Shown here piece by piece: positions 48,132 to 58,443 of a stretch of DNA of 64,000 bases. The position numbers and the translations under genes were made by a program. The DNA lies in the NCBI GenBank assembly GCA_017510245.1, contig JAFWNQ010000003.1, forward strand, positions 1,799 through 65,798, read 5' to 3'. This DNA is from Clostridia bacterium (GTDB taxonomy: Bacteria; Bacillota; Clostridia; TANB77; CAG-508). The notes under the pieces are model-generated. The model searched no databases, was not told the DNA's origin, and was given only the letters and a program-made list of their open reading frames with translations. The first letter of the stretch is position 1; every line of letters starts with the position of its first letter.

Positions 48132-50296
48132 AGTATATTGGCTTAGACTTAGAAAACTTACCAGAAACTATGAAATTCGTAAAACCTAAATATGATACTG
48201 CAAAAGCTATTGATAATGCAACATCATACAAGGTATATAAGAGAATTCCAGTTAAATCTATAGAAATACTTATAAGTGATACTGATAGGACTACTAATAT
48301 AATGGAAAGATATCAACAATCTATTACATTAGATGAATTTATTAGTGAGAATAAAAAGAGTTTTGAAAAGATGGCTAACAATACCAAAATTGAAGATGTT
48401 GAAAAACTGGAAGAATTACAAGATAGTTTTCAAAAACAAATTCCTTATTTTGTAAAATATGACAAAAACTACTTATGGCAAATATATTATTCTAGATTTG
48501 AGGACAAGTATTTTATGCTTTTCCCAACTAAAGAGGGGGAAACTGAAGTATTGTTTTATATGATAAAACAAAAGCTTCTAAAAGAAGATAAATATATATA
48601 TGTTCCAATATGCAAAGAGGAATGTAGTGAGGAAATTATTTCTAGTTCTAAACTTAAAGACATTGAAAACTACATATGGATGTTTACAGGGGTATGGCCT
48701 AATATCTTCGAAGTGACCACTGAGAAAAAATCAAGTCTTTTTATAACAGGACAAGTTAGACTTCAACAGGATTTCTCAAGCAGATTTAGAATAGAATTAA
48801 AGAATAGTGAGGATGCAGAGACTCAGTATACGATATTAAAGGCTTTATTTGTAATTTCAACAGAAACTAAAAACATTTATAAATTTGTTCCACAAGTCAA
48901 TACTAAAGGAGAGCTAGTATTAGGCTATGATAAAACAATTTTAAAAGTAGATAATCTTAAAGACTTTATTACAAAAGAAACTGCAAAGCAACAGAACTTA
49001 AAATATGAATATAAAAAATTGATAGATGAGAATAAAGAAAAGCTAAATAATATAAATACAATAGTTAATAAACAAGTGGAAATATATAATCGTCAAGAAA
49101 AACAAATCTCTGCTTTTATGAGTTATAGAAAAAGTTTTTTTGGTAGAGTAAAACTATTTTTTACAAATAATAAGAAAATGTCAGTTAATAATAAAAAACT
49201 GATAGAAAAATTGCAGAAAGATGTAAAAAAGGCAGAAGAGAGTGAAGTAGAACAAGTTGTCAATGATGCTGACATTTCTGATGTAAAACTAAATTTGTTT
49301 ACAATCTCTGATTTGGTAACAACATCTTTAGAAACTAAAAAAGTTGAAGATGAAAATAATAACTTAATTGCAGATATAAATGCAGCAAAGATAAAGCAAA
49401 AGAATATGAAACACAAAATTGAGAATGCACAAATATATCTTGATGAGATAGAGGAACATAAAAAGAGTTTATTAGAGTTTTGGAAATTTACTAATAAAGA
49501 TAATCAAGATATGCTTAATAAGGGGCAAGAAGAGGTTCAAACAGAGAAAAAACAAATTGCTTTTAGTTTGGACAATGGATTTGAAGAATTTGCAGAAGAA
49601 ATTGATAGATTCCAAAGACAAAAACTTTCAAAGGATGAATGTGATGCTATTTATGTTGCAAAATATTTATTACCAGGAGTTAATAGTGTTGTAACACGTA
49701 GTGATACATTTAGACTTGATGAAGAATATGATGAACTAATGAAAGAATATGAGAGTAAAGCTCCTGAGAGTTCTATATTTGGAAATCTTTTAGATGATCA
49801 AACTAAAGTGAAAAATATTAATAATAAAAAGCATAGAGAGAATCATAAAGAGTTATACTCTATTTTAAGATTCAACGAATTAACAACACTAGATGACTTT
49901 AAAGAAAGAATGAGAGAAATTGGTATTCTAGTTAATGAAGCATATCAAAAACTAACAACCAAATATGACATGACAATCTACTACAGCAAAAGAAATAAAG
50001 GATACATAATGGGAAATATAGATCCATATATTTTAATAAAAGATAGTGAAGTTAAGAAAATTTATAAAATGCAAACATCAAGTGATACTCATCTAATATA
50101 CTTTAGCAATATAGTCTTCTATGATAACAACAATAAAACATTACCACTGGGAATGGATGAATCTACAGAATTTATTACTAAAGTGGGAGAAAATAAGAAA
50201 ATATCTGATGTAGATATAAATTTATTAATAGAAAAAGATTTATTCAATGTTGAAGTTAGAAAAATAAAAATTATAGAAGAAGGCAAAAGAAATTAA
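48113..50296 (+). CDS. Large hypothetical protein with central coiled coil
   Basis: 727-aa ORF, GTG start after AAGGAGG, overlaps the ThrRS paralog by 19 nt. Confidence 0.8.
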   Translation: MSKTILEYIGLDLENLPETMKFVKPKYDTAKAIDNATSYKVYKRIPVKSIEILISDTDRTTNIMERYQQSITLDEFISENKKSFEKMANNTKIEDVEKLEELQDSFQKQIPYFVKYDKNYLWQIYYSRFEDKYFMLFPTKEGETEVLFYMIKQKLLKEDKYIYVPICKEECSEEIISSSKLKDIENYIWMFTGVWPNIFEVTTEKKSSLFITGQVRLQQDFSSRFRIELKNSEDAETQYTILKALFVISTETKNIYKFVPQVNTKGELVLGYDKTILKVDNLKDFITKETAKQQNLKYEYKKLIDENKEKLNNINTIVNKQVEIYNRQEKQISAFMSYRKSFFGRVKLFFTNNKKMSVNNKKLIEKLQKDVKKAEESEVEQVVNDADISDVKLNLFTISDLVTTSLETKKVEDENNNLIADINAAKIKQKNMKHKIENAQIYLDEIEEHKKSLLEFWKFTNKDNQDMLNKGQEEVQTEKKQIAFSLDNGFEEFAEEIDRFQRQKLSKDECDAIYVAKYLLPGVNSVVTRSDTFRLDEEYDELMKEYESKAPESSIFGNLLDDQTKVKNINNKKHRENHKELYSILRFNELTTLDDFKERMREIGILVNEAYQKLTTKYDMTIYYSKRNKGYIMGNIDPYILIKDSEVKKIYKMQTSSDTHLIYFSNIVFYDNNNKTLPLGMDESTEFITKVGENKKISDVDINLLIEKDLFNVEVRKIKIIEEGKRN

Positions 50297-50373
50297 AAAA
50301 ATTAAAAAAAATTATTGCTAAAATTTACATTTTAGTATATCATATAAATGTAGATTTTTGAAAGGAGAAAAAA

Positions 50374-50691
50374 ATGGACGAAAACAATTTAAATAATGAA
50401 GAATATAATGAAGAGGACAGCATTGTAGTACTAAAAGACGAAGACGGAAATGATGTTCAATTTGAGTTTTTAGATTTGATAGAATATAATAATGAGAATT
50501 ATGTAATATTATTACCAGCAGAAGAAGTTGAAAGTGAAGATGCCGATGAGGTAGTAATACTTAAAGAAGATAATGATCCAGATTCTGATGAAGAGTCATA
50601 TATTAGTGTTGAAGACGAAGACACATTAAATGCAGTATTTAATATTTTCAAAGATAAATTCAAAGAAGACTTTAACTTTATTGATGAGTAA
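50374..50691 (+). CDS. DUF1292 family acidic protein
   Basis: LKDEDG..FEFLD.IEY..YVILLP pattern. Confidence 0.85.
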   Translation: MDENNLNNEEYNEEDSIVVLKDEDGNDVQFEFLDLIEYNNENYVILLPAEEVESEDADEVVILKEDNDPDSDEESYISVEDEDTLNAVFNIFKDKFKEDFNFIDE

Positions 50692-50786
50692 AATAATTAA
50701 AAAGATGTATCTTGTTTAGCCAATTAAGTTTTTAATTGGCTAATAAAGATACTTTTTTTAAAATAGTAAAAAGGGGGAAAAAAAAG

Positions 50787-51257
50787 ATGAAATCGTTTGC
50801 AAATTGGATGTTAGTTATTTTTATGGTAATGTACTGGATATTAAGAATAATGGTTGCATATATGTATTCATTGGGGAAGGAGTTTATTGCTAGCCCTATA
50901 GATTTTAACACAGAGGTTGTACTCCTATTTGTGACTCTATTGTGTATAGTACTAGTTGTAAAGAGAGTAACTGTAGGAGGAATAATGTATGTGATAGCAT
51001 ATTTTGGTTATTTTGGAGTTAGCTTATATAACCAAATAATGCCGATGATTAAAACAGGATCTTTTAACATAAGTGGAGGAATGGATATGTTTTTATCTTT
51101 TATAGCTTTGATTCTTGCACTATTTGTTATGGTGGATTTGCTTTCTGATAAAACAAAAAAACCAGATGATAAAAAAACGGAATGGTTCTTTAATAATAAA
51201 GATTTGGATAGAAATCTAGATGATAGAAATGACCATAATCAATATAAATTGTATTAA
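50787..51257 (+). CDS. Hypothetical membrane protein (about 4 TM)
   Basis: Hydrophobic helices, charged tail, GGGG RBS. Confidence 0.7.
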   Translation: MKSFANWMLVIFMVMYWILRIMVAYMYSLGKEFIASPIDFNTEVVLLFVTLLCIVLVVKRVTVGGIMYVIAYFGYFGVSLYNQIMPMIKTGSFNISGGMDMFLSFIALILALFVMVDLLSDKTKKPDDKKTEWFFNNKDLDRNLDDRNDHNQYKLY

Positions 51258-51280
51258 ATAGTATTTAAGGAGAAAAAACA

Positions 51281-53836
51281 TTGGCTGTATTAAAATTTAG
51301 AATAGCAGAATTAGTTGAAAATAGAAGAATAATGTATGAAAATGGACAGTTTTTTATAATAAATGATGATGCATTAAGTGGTGAAATAATGCCTGTTCAA
51401 AGTATTTTAACAGAAACAAGTAAAACTACTAATTATTCAGTAGTAAGAGGCGAATTTGACACTAATAGAATAAGTGTACCAGGAAAAAGTATACTTGAAT
51501 ATCTACATAATACATTAAGTGAAGTAATAAAGCGCGACGATGTAAGTGTAATTTGGATATTAAATATTCTAGATCAACCGATTTTTAATGCAAAACTATG
51601 GAATGAACAATATGAAAAAGATTTTTTGAATTCAATATCAGAAATTGTAAAGAATTATAAAGAGGAACTGAAACTGCTACTAAGAATAAATAAAAAAGGA
51701 ACAATTGAAGACATAAAAAAGAATAGAGAGATGTATGGTGAAAGTTTTGACACATACCTAATCCAATTATATAAAGAAGGAATACTTGATGCGGAAATAC
51801 TTGGTGAAGTTAGTGTTTTTAAAGATTTTGATATTACAAGAATAAAAGAATTAATGAAAAGCCAAACACTAAATTCAACTCAAATATTGGATTTACAACA
51901 GAGAGGCTTAATAGATAGAGAAACAGTTATCGAAGCTTTTGGGGGCATTGATAATGTTTTAACAATGTATAAGAGAGTAAGTCGAAGTAGAAATGAAAGA
52001 AGTGCATTATTATATTTAAATCTTTTAGGTATAGATAATATCTGTATCTTATATGCATTGGGAAAAATACAAAAAGAAGATATTAAAAGAGCAAAAGTAA
52101 GTAAAAAAGATTTAGAAAAACTACCAGAAGAATTATTTGTAAGTGTATTGAAAAGAGGACTGCCTGATAATATAGAATACTCAAGCAAAGAAATAATAAA
52201 TCAATATATAACAAAGATTTCTGGAAGAAATATGATAGATTTAGCAAAAAGCGGAGTAGTTGAACCACAAGATTTATTAGAGCTAATAGATGAAGAAGTT
52301 GATGAAGAAAATAAAACAAGGGCAGTCAATTCTGAAGAAATAAAAGATTTCTATACTCCTGAAATGGTAGCAGATTTAACTATAGAAGAAAAAGTTGATG
52401 AAGATTTTATTCATAGAATTGATGAAAAAATACTAGCAAATGCTGATCAAGAAGAAAGAGAAGAGTATTTAATAAGTCTATTTGAACTATGCAGAGAAGG
52501 AATGGATGATAAGCATTTTGCTGAATTTATTTTATCAATGGCAGACAGTATCGATATCCCATTAGAAGTTTTTGAACGAAACTATATTTCAGATGAAGCA
52601 CTTGAGGAAATGTTTTATAGTGAAGAAGTATCAGAAGAGAAAATAATTGAGCATTTTAATAAAGGAATAGTTGGATTGTCTTCTATACAATTAATATTTG
52701 GAAATGATTATGATAAAATAATAGAGCAAGTTAATGGTGGAACACTATCGAAATTGGCTCTATCAATAATACCTATTAGAGAATTAAGCGATAAAGTGCT
52801 AGAGGGCAAATTAGCAATAGATAGTATTTTTGAATTGTATTCAAAATTTGATTCAATAGATATAGATGGATTTGAAGAGATAGTTAGTGAATATGAAACT
52901 GATTATTATTTAAGAAAAGAAGAAGGGGAAGAAGTCGGAGAATTAACCAGAATAGTTGACTTAATAGATGAAAAAATAGGTACAGAAAAAATAAGAGAAC
53001 TATACTTACATGACATTTTGACTCATAGTGATATATTGCAACTAGAAGAAAAGGGCATTATTACAGAAGAACAAAGAAGAGAAATTTCTAAAATAGATAG
53101 AGATAGACTTTATAAAGAGATTTTTGAAAACAGGGTAATAAGTGTTTTCGATGATGAAGAACCAGATCACTTAACACCACCTAGAGGAGATTTAAAAGGG
53201 GGAAGTCATCATAGTGCTAGAATAATGGAAACAAAAGCATTCTTTGAAGAAATTGGTGATTGTATTTTTAAAGAAGTTGAATCACAAGATGCAAAGTCAC
53301 AATTTAGAGGATATACACTAATTGGATATCCTGATTATGGAGTGATTGTTTTAGAAAATTTTGATGAAGGCGAAAATGCAACATACATAATGACTATAGA
53401 AGAGTTTAAAGGTTTTATAAGTATTAATGAAAATGGAACAATAACTTTTAAAAAAGGCAAAACTGCAATTAAGGATGAAATTGCAAGAGACAAAGGAAGA
53501 GCAATAGTTCCTCGCTCACATGTGGTAACATGGGGGAAAAATGTAATAGATTCTATAAGAGGACTATCAGAGGAGGCAAGAGAATCTATTACTACTGAAC
53601 AGCAAATAAAACTTAGCCAGTCAATGGTTGAAGAATACTATAGAGAAGAACTAGAAAGTGCAGGAGAAGATCAAGAAAAAGTTGAAAATATAAAGAGTAG
53701 AATCGAACTTGCAAAGGCGCATGTTGAAAATGAAACAGTAAGAGATAGAGTTAAAGAATTAAAGGCGAAAAGAAAAGAAATAGAAAGAACAACACCAAAG
53801 AGTGAGAAAGGAATTCCAAACCATGGAGAAGAATAA
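51281..53836 (+). CDS. Large acidic helical orphan protein (851 aa)
   Basis: AAGGAG RBS, TTG start, recurring L..xGxI helical units. Confidence 0.75.
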   Translation: MAVLKFRIAELVENRRIMYENGQFFIINDDALSGEIMPVQSILTETSKTTNYSVVRGEFDTNRISVPGKSILEYLHNTLSEVIKRDDVSVIWILNILDQPIFNAKLWNEQYEKDFLNSISEIVKNYKEELKLLLRINKKGTIEDIKKNREMYGESFDTYLIQLYKEGILDAEILGEVSVFKDFDITRIKELMKSQTLNSTQILDLQQRGLIDRETVIEAFGGIDNVLTMYKRVSRSRNERSALLYLNLLGIDNICILYALGKIQKEDIKRAKVSKKDLEKLPEELFVSVLKRGLPDNIEYSSKEIINQYITKISGRNMIDLAKSGVVEPQDLLELIDEEVDEENKTRAVNSEEIKDFYTPEMVADLTIEEKVDEDFIHRIDEKILANADQEEREEYLISLFELCREGMDDKHFAEFILSMADSIDIPLEVFERNYISDEALEEMFYSEEVSEEKIIEHFNKGIVGLSSIQLIFGNDYDKIIEQVNGGTLSKLALSIIPIRELSDKVLEGKLAIDSIFELYSKFDSIDIDGFEEIVSEYETDYYLRKEEGEEVGELTRIVDLIDEKIGTEKIRELYLHDILTHSDILQLEEKGIITEEQRREISKIDRDRLYKEIFENRVISVFDDEEPDHLTPPRGDLKGGSHHSARIMETKAFFEEIGDCIFKEVESQDAKSQFRGYTLIGYPDYGVIVLENFDEGENATYIMTIEEFKGFISINENGTITFKKGKTAIKDEIARDKGRAIVPRSHVVTWGKNVIDSIRGLSEEARESITTEQQIKLSQSMVEEYYREELESAGEDQEKVENIKSRIELAKAHVENETVRDRVKELKAKRKEIERTTPKSEKGIPNHGEE

Positions 53837-54170
53837 TGAACTTACTCAAAGAAATGAAACTTTTATTAATAAAATAATTAGGAAAATTTGTGGATTATTA
53901 AGTAACAAAAAGGATATTAAGAATAAAACAGAAAGTATAATTACAGACAACCAAAAAAACAACAATTCGTTTAGAAAAGATTTAGTTTATGATGATACTG
54001 AAATAAAAAGACTTGAACAATTAAAACAGAATTATGAGAATGATTCTACATTAGAAATGGAAATATCAACTGCTGATGCAAAAGCTTTAACTGAATACTA
54101 CAAGAAGAATACTCAAGAATTGCTTATAGAATTGAAAAAAGAGGAAATGCTTTTAAAAAAGGTTACATAA
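53823..54170 (+). CDS. Hypothetical protein coupled to the 851-aa gene
   Basis: GAAAGGA RBS; overlaps the upstream stop. Confidence 0.65.
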   Translation: MEKNNELTQRNETFINKIIRKICGLLSNKKDIKNKTESIITDNQKNNNSFRKDLVYDDTEIKRLEQLKQNYENDSTLEMEISTADAKALTEYYKKNTQELLIELKKEEMLLKKVT

Positions 54171-54250
54171 TTTGTACTTTTTGAGAAAATATGGTATAAT
54201 AATAAGAGCAACACATGGGGTGTTGACCGGTTGAGATGAAGGAGAAAACC

Positions 54251-54913
54251 ATGAATTACCGGCGAATAATGGTAGCTTTTTTGATTGAAGTTGTGTGCTT
54301 TCTCTCGTTAACGAGCTTTTACCTAGTTCCGGGAACAACAAAAGCTCAAGCACAAGAACTGACAAGCTCAAAGGCAGAAAATCAAGTAATAGGACTAATC
54401 TGTCAGAGAATGATAGAACAGATGGAGGAAGTTAAGACTGTACTTGAGACAGAGCTAAAGGAACAGGCAGAGGCAGAAGCTAAAGCAAAACAAGAGGAGC
54501 AAGAGAGGAAAGAAGAAGAGGCACGAAAGCAAGAAGAACTCGAGGCACAAGCAGAAGCTGAAGAACAAGCAAAAGCAGCCGAAGAAGAATCGTATGAATG
54601 GAGTGGAGAAGTACTTACAGCATGGGGTGGCGTTGCAAACGGACCTTCAGGCTTCGAAACATATTACAACCTTCCTATGGGAGGTGTAATAGATATTATG
54701 AGAAGCTTGGGGTATGATGAAGCAAACTATCCTTACTGGGTACGTGAAGACGGAGTGAAGATGCTTGGCGACTATGTTATGTGCGCAGCAGACTTGTCAA
54801 TCCGCCCAGAAGGTACTATTCTTCCTACTTCGCTGGGAATGGGGATAGTATGTGATACAGGAGATTTCATATATTCAGACCCATACCAGCTAGACATAGC
54901 TGTAGCTTGGTAA
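54251..54913 (+). CDS. Secreted coiled-coil protein with 3D/RlpA-like cell-wall domain, GC-rich solo cassette
   Basis: Signal peptide, EQ-rich coil, ETYYNL...CAAD...VCDTG...LDIAV; own promoter and terminator. Confidence 0.6.
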   Translation: MNYRRIMVAFLIEVVCFLSLTSFYLVPGTTKAQAQELTSSKAENQVIGLICQRMIEQMEEVKTVLETELKEQAEAEAKAKQEEQERKEEEARKQEELEAQAEAEEQAKAAEEESYEWSGEVLTAWGGVANGPSGFETYYNLPMGGVIDIMRSLGYDEANYPYWVREDGVKMLGDYVMCAADLSIRPEGTILPTSLGMGIVCDTGDFIYSDPYQLDIAVAW

Positions 54914-55041
54914 TAAAAGTGGTGTACTAGATCCTTCAGGGTGTTAGGAGGTATATTGCCTTCTAACACCCTTTTGTTATATAATAGGAAAGTAGAAAAA
55001 TGTCTGCTATTGTTCTATAATAAAAAATGAAAGGAAAAGAT

Positions 55042-55743
55042 ATGATAGAAATAAAAAATGTAACTAAAAGTTACAATGATAAAAAGGCTATAGATGATGT
55101 TTCTTTTAATGTTAATGATGGAGAAATATTTGCGTTTATTGGACATAATGGAGCTGGAAAAACAACCCTAATAAAATCAATAGTAGGAATTCATAATTTT
55201 GAGGGAGGGGATATCTTAATAAATGGTAAGTCAATTAAAGAAGAACCAGTTGAATGCAAAAAACAAATTGCATTTGTCCCAGATAATCCTGAATTATATG
55301 AGAATATGAGAGCTATAGATTTCATTAATTTTATATGTGATATGTATGAAGTAAAAAAAGAAGTAAGAGAAGAAAAAATAAAAAAATATAGTGAGCTATT
55401 TGAAATAGAGAATAATCTGAATGATACTATAAATTCTTTTTCACATGGTATGAAACAAAAAATTGCTATTATTTCTGCTCTTGCTCATGATCCTAAAGTC
55501 TTAATTATGGATGAACCATTTGTCGGATTAGACCCAAAAGCAGTACATGATACAAAAGAAATAATGAATGAGATGATTAAAGAAGGAAAAATAGTATTCT
55601 TTTCAACACATATTTTAGATGTTGCTGAAAAATTGTGCTCAAGAGTTGCTATTATAAAAAAAGGAAGACTAATAAAAGTGGGTGCAATGAAAGAAATCAA
55701 AGGTGATGAGAGTTTAGAAAAAGTGTTTTTAGAATTGGAGTAA
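55042..55743 (+). CDS. ABC-2 exporter ATPase
   Basis: GHNGAGKTT, FSHGMKQK, IMDEP, STH. Confidence 0.93.
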   Translation: MIEIKNVTKSYNDKKAIDDVSFNVNDGEIFAFIGHNGAGKTTLIKSIVGIHNFEGGDILINGKSIKEEPVECKKQIAFVPDNPELYENMRAIDFINFICDMYEVKKEVREEKIKKYSELFEIENNLNDTINSFSHGMKQKIAIISALAHDPKVLIMDEPFVGLDPKAVHDTKEIMNEMIKEGKIVFFSTHILDVAEKLCSRVAIIKKGRLIKVGAMKEIKGDESLEKVFLELE

Positions 55744-55745
55744 TT

Positions 55746-57359
55746 ATGAAAAAGTATTTATCATTGATAAGAGCATGTATGACTGACAATATGAGTATAT
55801 TTAAAATTAATGGAAAAAAACGTTCTGAGTTTTCAAAAAAAATTCTCCCAATTGTTTTAGCTTTTATATGCTTTTTCTCAATATGGTCATATGCTAATGT
55901 TTTTATGGAACCTTTAGTTGAAGTACATATGGAATATGTATTGCTAACGCTTTTTGCGTTCTTTACATGCATATTAACATTAACAGAAGGAATATATAAG
56001 TCTAGTAGTATATTGTTTAATTGTAAAGATGATAATATGCTATTATCTTTACCTATTAGTAAGTATTTAGTTTTATTTATTAGGATATTAAAGTTCTATT
56101 TATTTGAAGTATTATATAATACACTTTTTATGCTGCCAGCAATGGTTGTATATGCTAGATACATAAAGGTAGGAATTAGTTATTGGATGACATCAATTAT
56201 TGCACTGTTAATCTTGCCAATAATACCTATAATAGTGTCATGTATCATTGGTGGAATAATATCTTTAATATCTTCATATTTCAAGAAAAGAAGTTTTGCA
56301 CAAACAGTTATAACTATGGGATTTTTACTTGTAGTTTTATATGGAAGTATTAATTTAGAAAATATAATAAAAAGAATAGCAGAGAATGCTGAAGGGATAA
56401 ATGAAATAATAACGAAATTATATTTTCCAATAGGAAATTATATAAGATTAGTTACAAACTTTCATTTTATGGATTTGTTTATTTTTATATTGACAAATAT
56501 ATTTGTATTTACAATATCAATAATACTATTTGGAAAAGTATATTATAAAATAAATTCTTTAACTAAGAATTACAAAAGAGAGAATAAGAATAATAAATAT
56601 AACTATAAAAGAAGTAATAAGGTTATTGCACTAATAAAAAAAGAATTTAATAGATTCTTTAGTTCACCAGTTTTTATAACAAATGCTGGATTTGGATTAA
56701 TACTGTTTTTGATTGGATGTATAGGAATTAACCTTAAACTAGATAGTGTTATTGAAATAATGGCTATGCAAGGTGTAACAATTACGATTGAAGAAATACA
56801 AAATCTAATTTCTATAATTCTTTTTGGTTTTATATGTTTTACTGCACTAATGTCTTCAATAACTAGTTCAATGATTTCACTAGAGGGAAAGACTTTTAAT
56901 ATATTAAAGAGTTTACCGGTTAAAACATTTGAAATATTAATTTCAAAAATAGTAACAGCAGTAGTTATAATGATTCCAGTCTTATTTATTGGGGACATTT
57001 TAATATTTATTAAATTTAGTTTTAGTTTTTTAGAAATGGTAATGCTCATAATAGACTCAATCATTTTACCAGTAACAGCTGAGACTATTGGATTAATTGT
57101 AAATTTAAAATATCCTAAAATGGATGCAGAGAATGATACAGAAGTTGTTAAACAAAGTGCAAGTTCAATGGTGTCTGTATTAATTGGAATGATAATGATT
57201 GGAATAACAGTATATGGATTATACAAAGGATTAGAAACAGGTCTAGAATCATATCAACTAATTATTTATAGTACAATTTCTTATTTTATTATTTGTAGCA
57301 TTCTTCTAGGCTATTTATATAAAATAGGAGTGAAAGATTTTGAGAAAATAAGTGTATGA
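55746..57359 (+). CDS. ABC-2 exporter permease
   Basis: Many TMs; LLSLPI, SLEGK and LKSLP motifs; adjacent ATPase. Confidence 0.88.
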   Translation: MKKYLSLIRACMTDNMSIFKINGKKRSEFSKKILPIVLAFICFFSIWSYANVFMEPLVEVHMEYVLLTLFAFFTCILTLTEGIYKSSSILFNCKDDNMLLSLPISKYLVLFIRILKFYLFEVLYNTLFMLPAMVVYARYIKVGISYWMTSIIALLILPIIPIIVSCIIGGIISLISSYFKKRSFAQTVITMGFLLVVLYGSINLENIIKRIAENAEGINEIITKLYFPIGNYIRLVTNFHFMDLFIFILTNIFVFTISIILFGKVYYKINSLTKNYKRENKNNKYNYKRSNKVIALIKKEFNRFFSSPVFITNAGFGLILFLIGCIGINLKLDSVIEIMAMQGVTITIEEIQNLISIILFGFICFTALMSSITSSMISLEGKTFNILKSLPVKTFEILISKIVTAVVIMIPVLFIGDILIFIKFSFSFLEMVMLIIDSIILPVTAETIGLIVNLKYPKMDAENDTEVVKQSASSMVSVLIGMIMIGITVYGLYKGLETGLESYQLIIYSTISYFIICSILLGYLYKIGVKDFEKISV

Positions 57360-57444
57360 GTTCATAAAAGAAAAGAAGAAATAAAATAAATAAGCAGAAA
57401 TATAACAAAATAGAAATAAAGGCGACTGATGGTCGCCTCTATTT

Positions 57445-58179
57445 CTATTTAAATTCATAAAATTCAAAATCTTCTTCATCTAGCATTTTATATTGAGATT
57501 GTTTTAAATTCTCAACATCTTTTGCTGTGACACTTCCAAAATCGTATTCGTATGTAGTAGTTATGGTTGTGTTATCATAGCTTGATACAGTCTTGTAAGT
57601 AACTTTAGTTGTTTTATCTATATATTGAATATTTTTACTATCAGAACTCTCTGAAGTTGTAATTATATAGCAATCTTTATTATCTTCAACTCCTGTAGCA
57701 ATCTTAGTATGAATTCCATATGAAATGGTACCAAAGAAATCTGATACTTTTTCAGAAATAGACTGTTTATATAATGGACTGTCTGTGAAATCATATTCAT
57801 CAGGTGAGTACTCATAATCGTCTGATTCATATTCATCAGAAGTTATACACATTATTTTTTCATTACTATTATCTTTTTCTTTATATTCATATATTTTATC
57901 ATCAATAAAAACTCTTGTGATTTTTATTCCATCGTCATATTGAATGGTTTTGGAACTATTTCCATAAACAAAATCTTCAAAATACCCAGAATCATAAGTG
58001 GTTTTTGAATGAACGTTATCACTAGAACTAATTTCCTTATTAAATTCAAACATAGCATTTCCAGCATCTACAACGAATTGTGTTTTTTTCTTTCCATTTA
58101 TATATAGACCAATAATTATAGCAATAGCTACTACAATAATTAAAACAAGAACAATTATTATTTTTTTTATCTTTTTCAT
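57445..58179 (-). CDS. Membrane-anchored extracellular hypothetical protein (possibly LolA-like)
   Basis: N-terminal TM; DCYII, YIDKTT and FGSVT.KDV pattern. Confidence 0.6.
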   Translation of the reverse strand: MKKIKKIIIVLVLIIVVAIAIIIGLYINGKKKTQFVVDAGNAMFEFNKEISSSDNVHSKTTYDSGYFEDFVYGNSSKTIQYDDGIKITRVFIDDKIYEYKEKDNSNEKIMCITSDEYESDDYEYSPDEYDFTDSPLYKQSISEKVSDFFGTISYGIHTKIATGVEDNKDCYIITTSESSDSKNIQYIDKTTKVTYKTVSSYDNTTITTTYEYDFGSVTAKDVENLKQSQYKMLDEEDFEFYEFK

Positions 58180-58443
58180 CTTTTCCTCCGTAACTTTATA
58201 TACAAATATTATTATAAATGAAAAAATATGTCAAGTCATAAGTATACTATGAAAGAAAAAATGAATAAGTAGTAACATACTAATAATACTGCTTTAAAAA
58301 TGAATATATACTATGGGACTGCAAAATATACTTATAAGTAATATGTTAGTTGAAAGCATCTTAATATTATGATAAAATACAATAAAATAGATTACAAAAT
58401 AGTATTTAAAAGAAAAGGATAGATTAAAATTTAGAAGATAATT

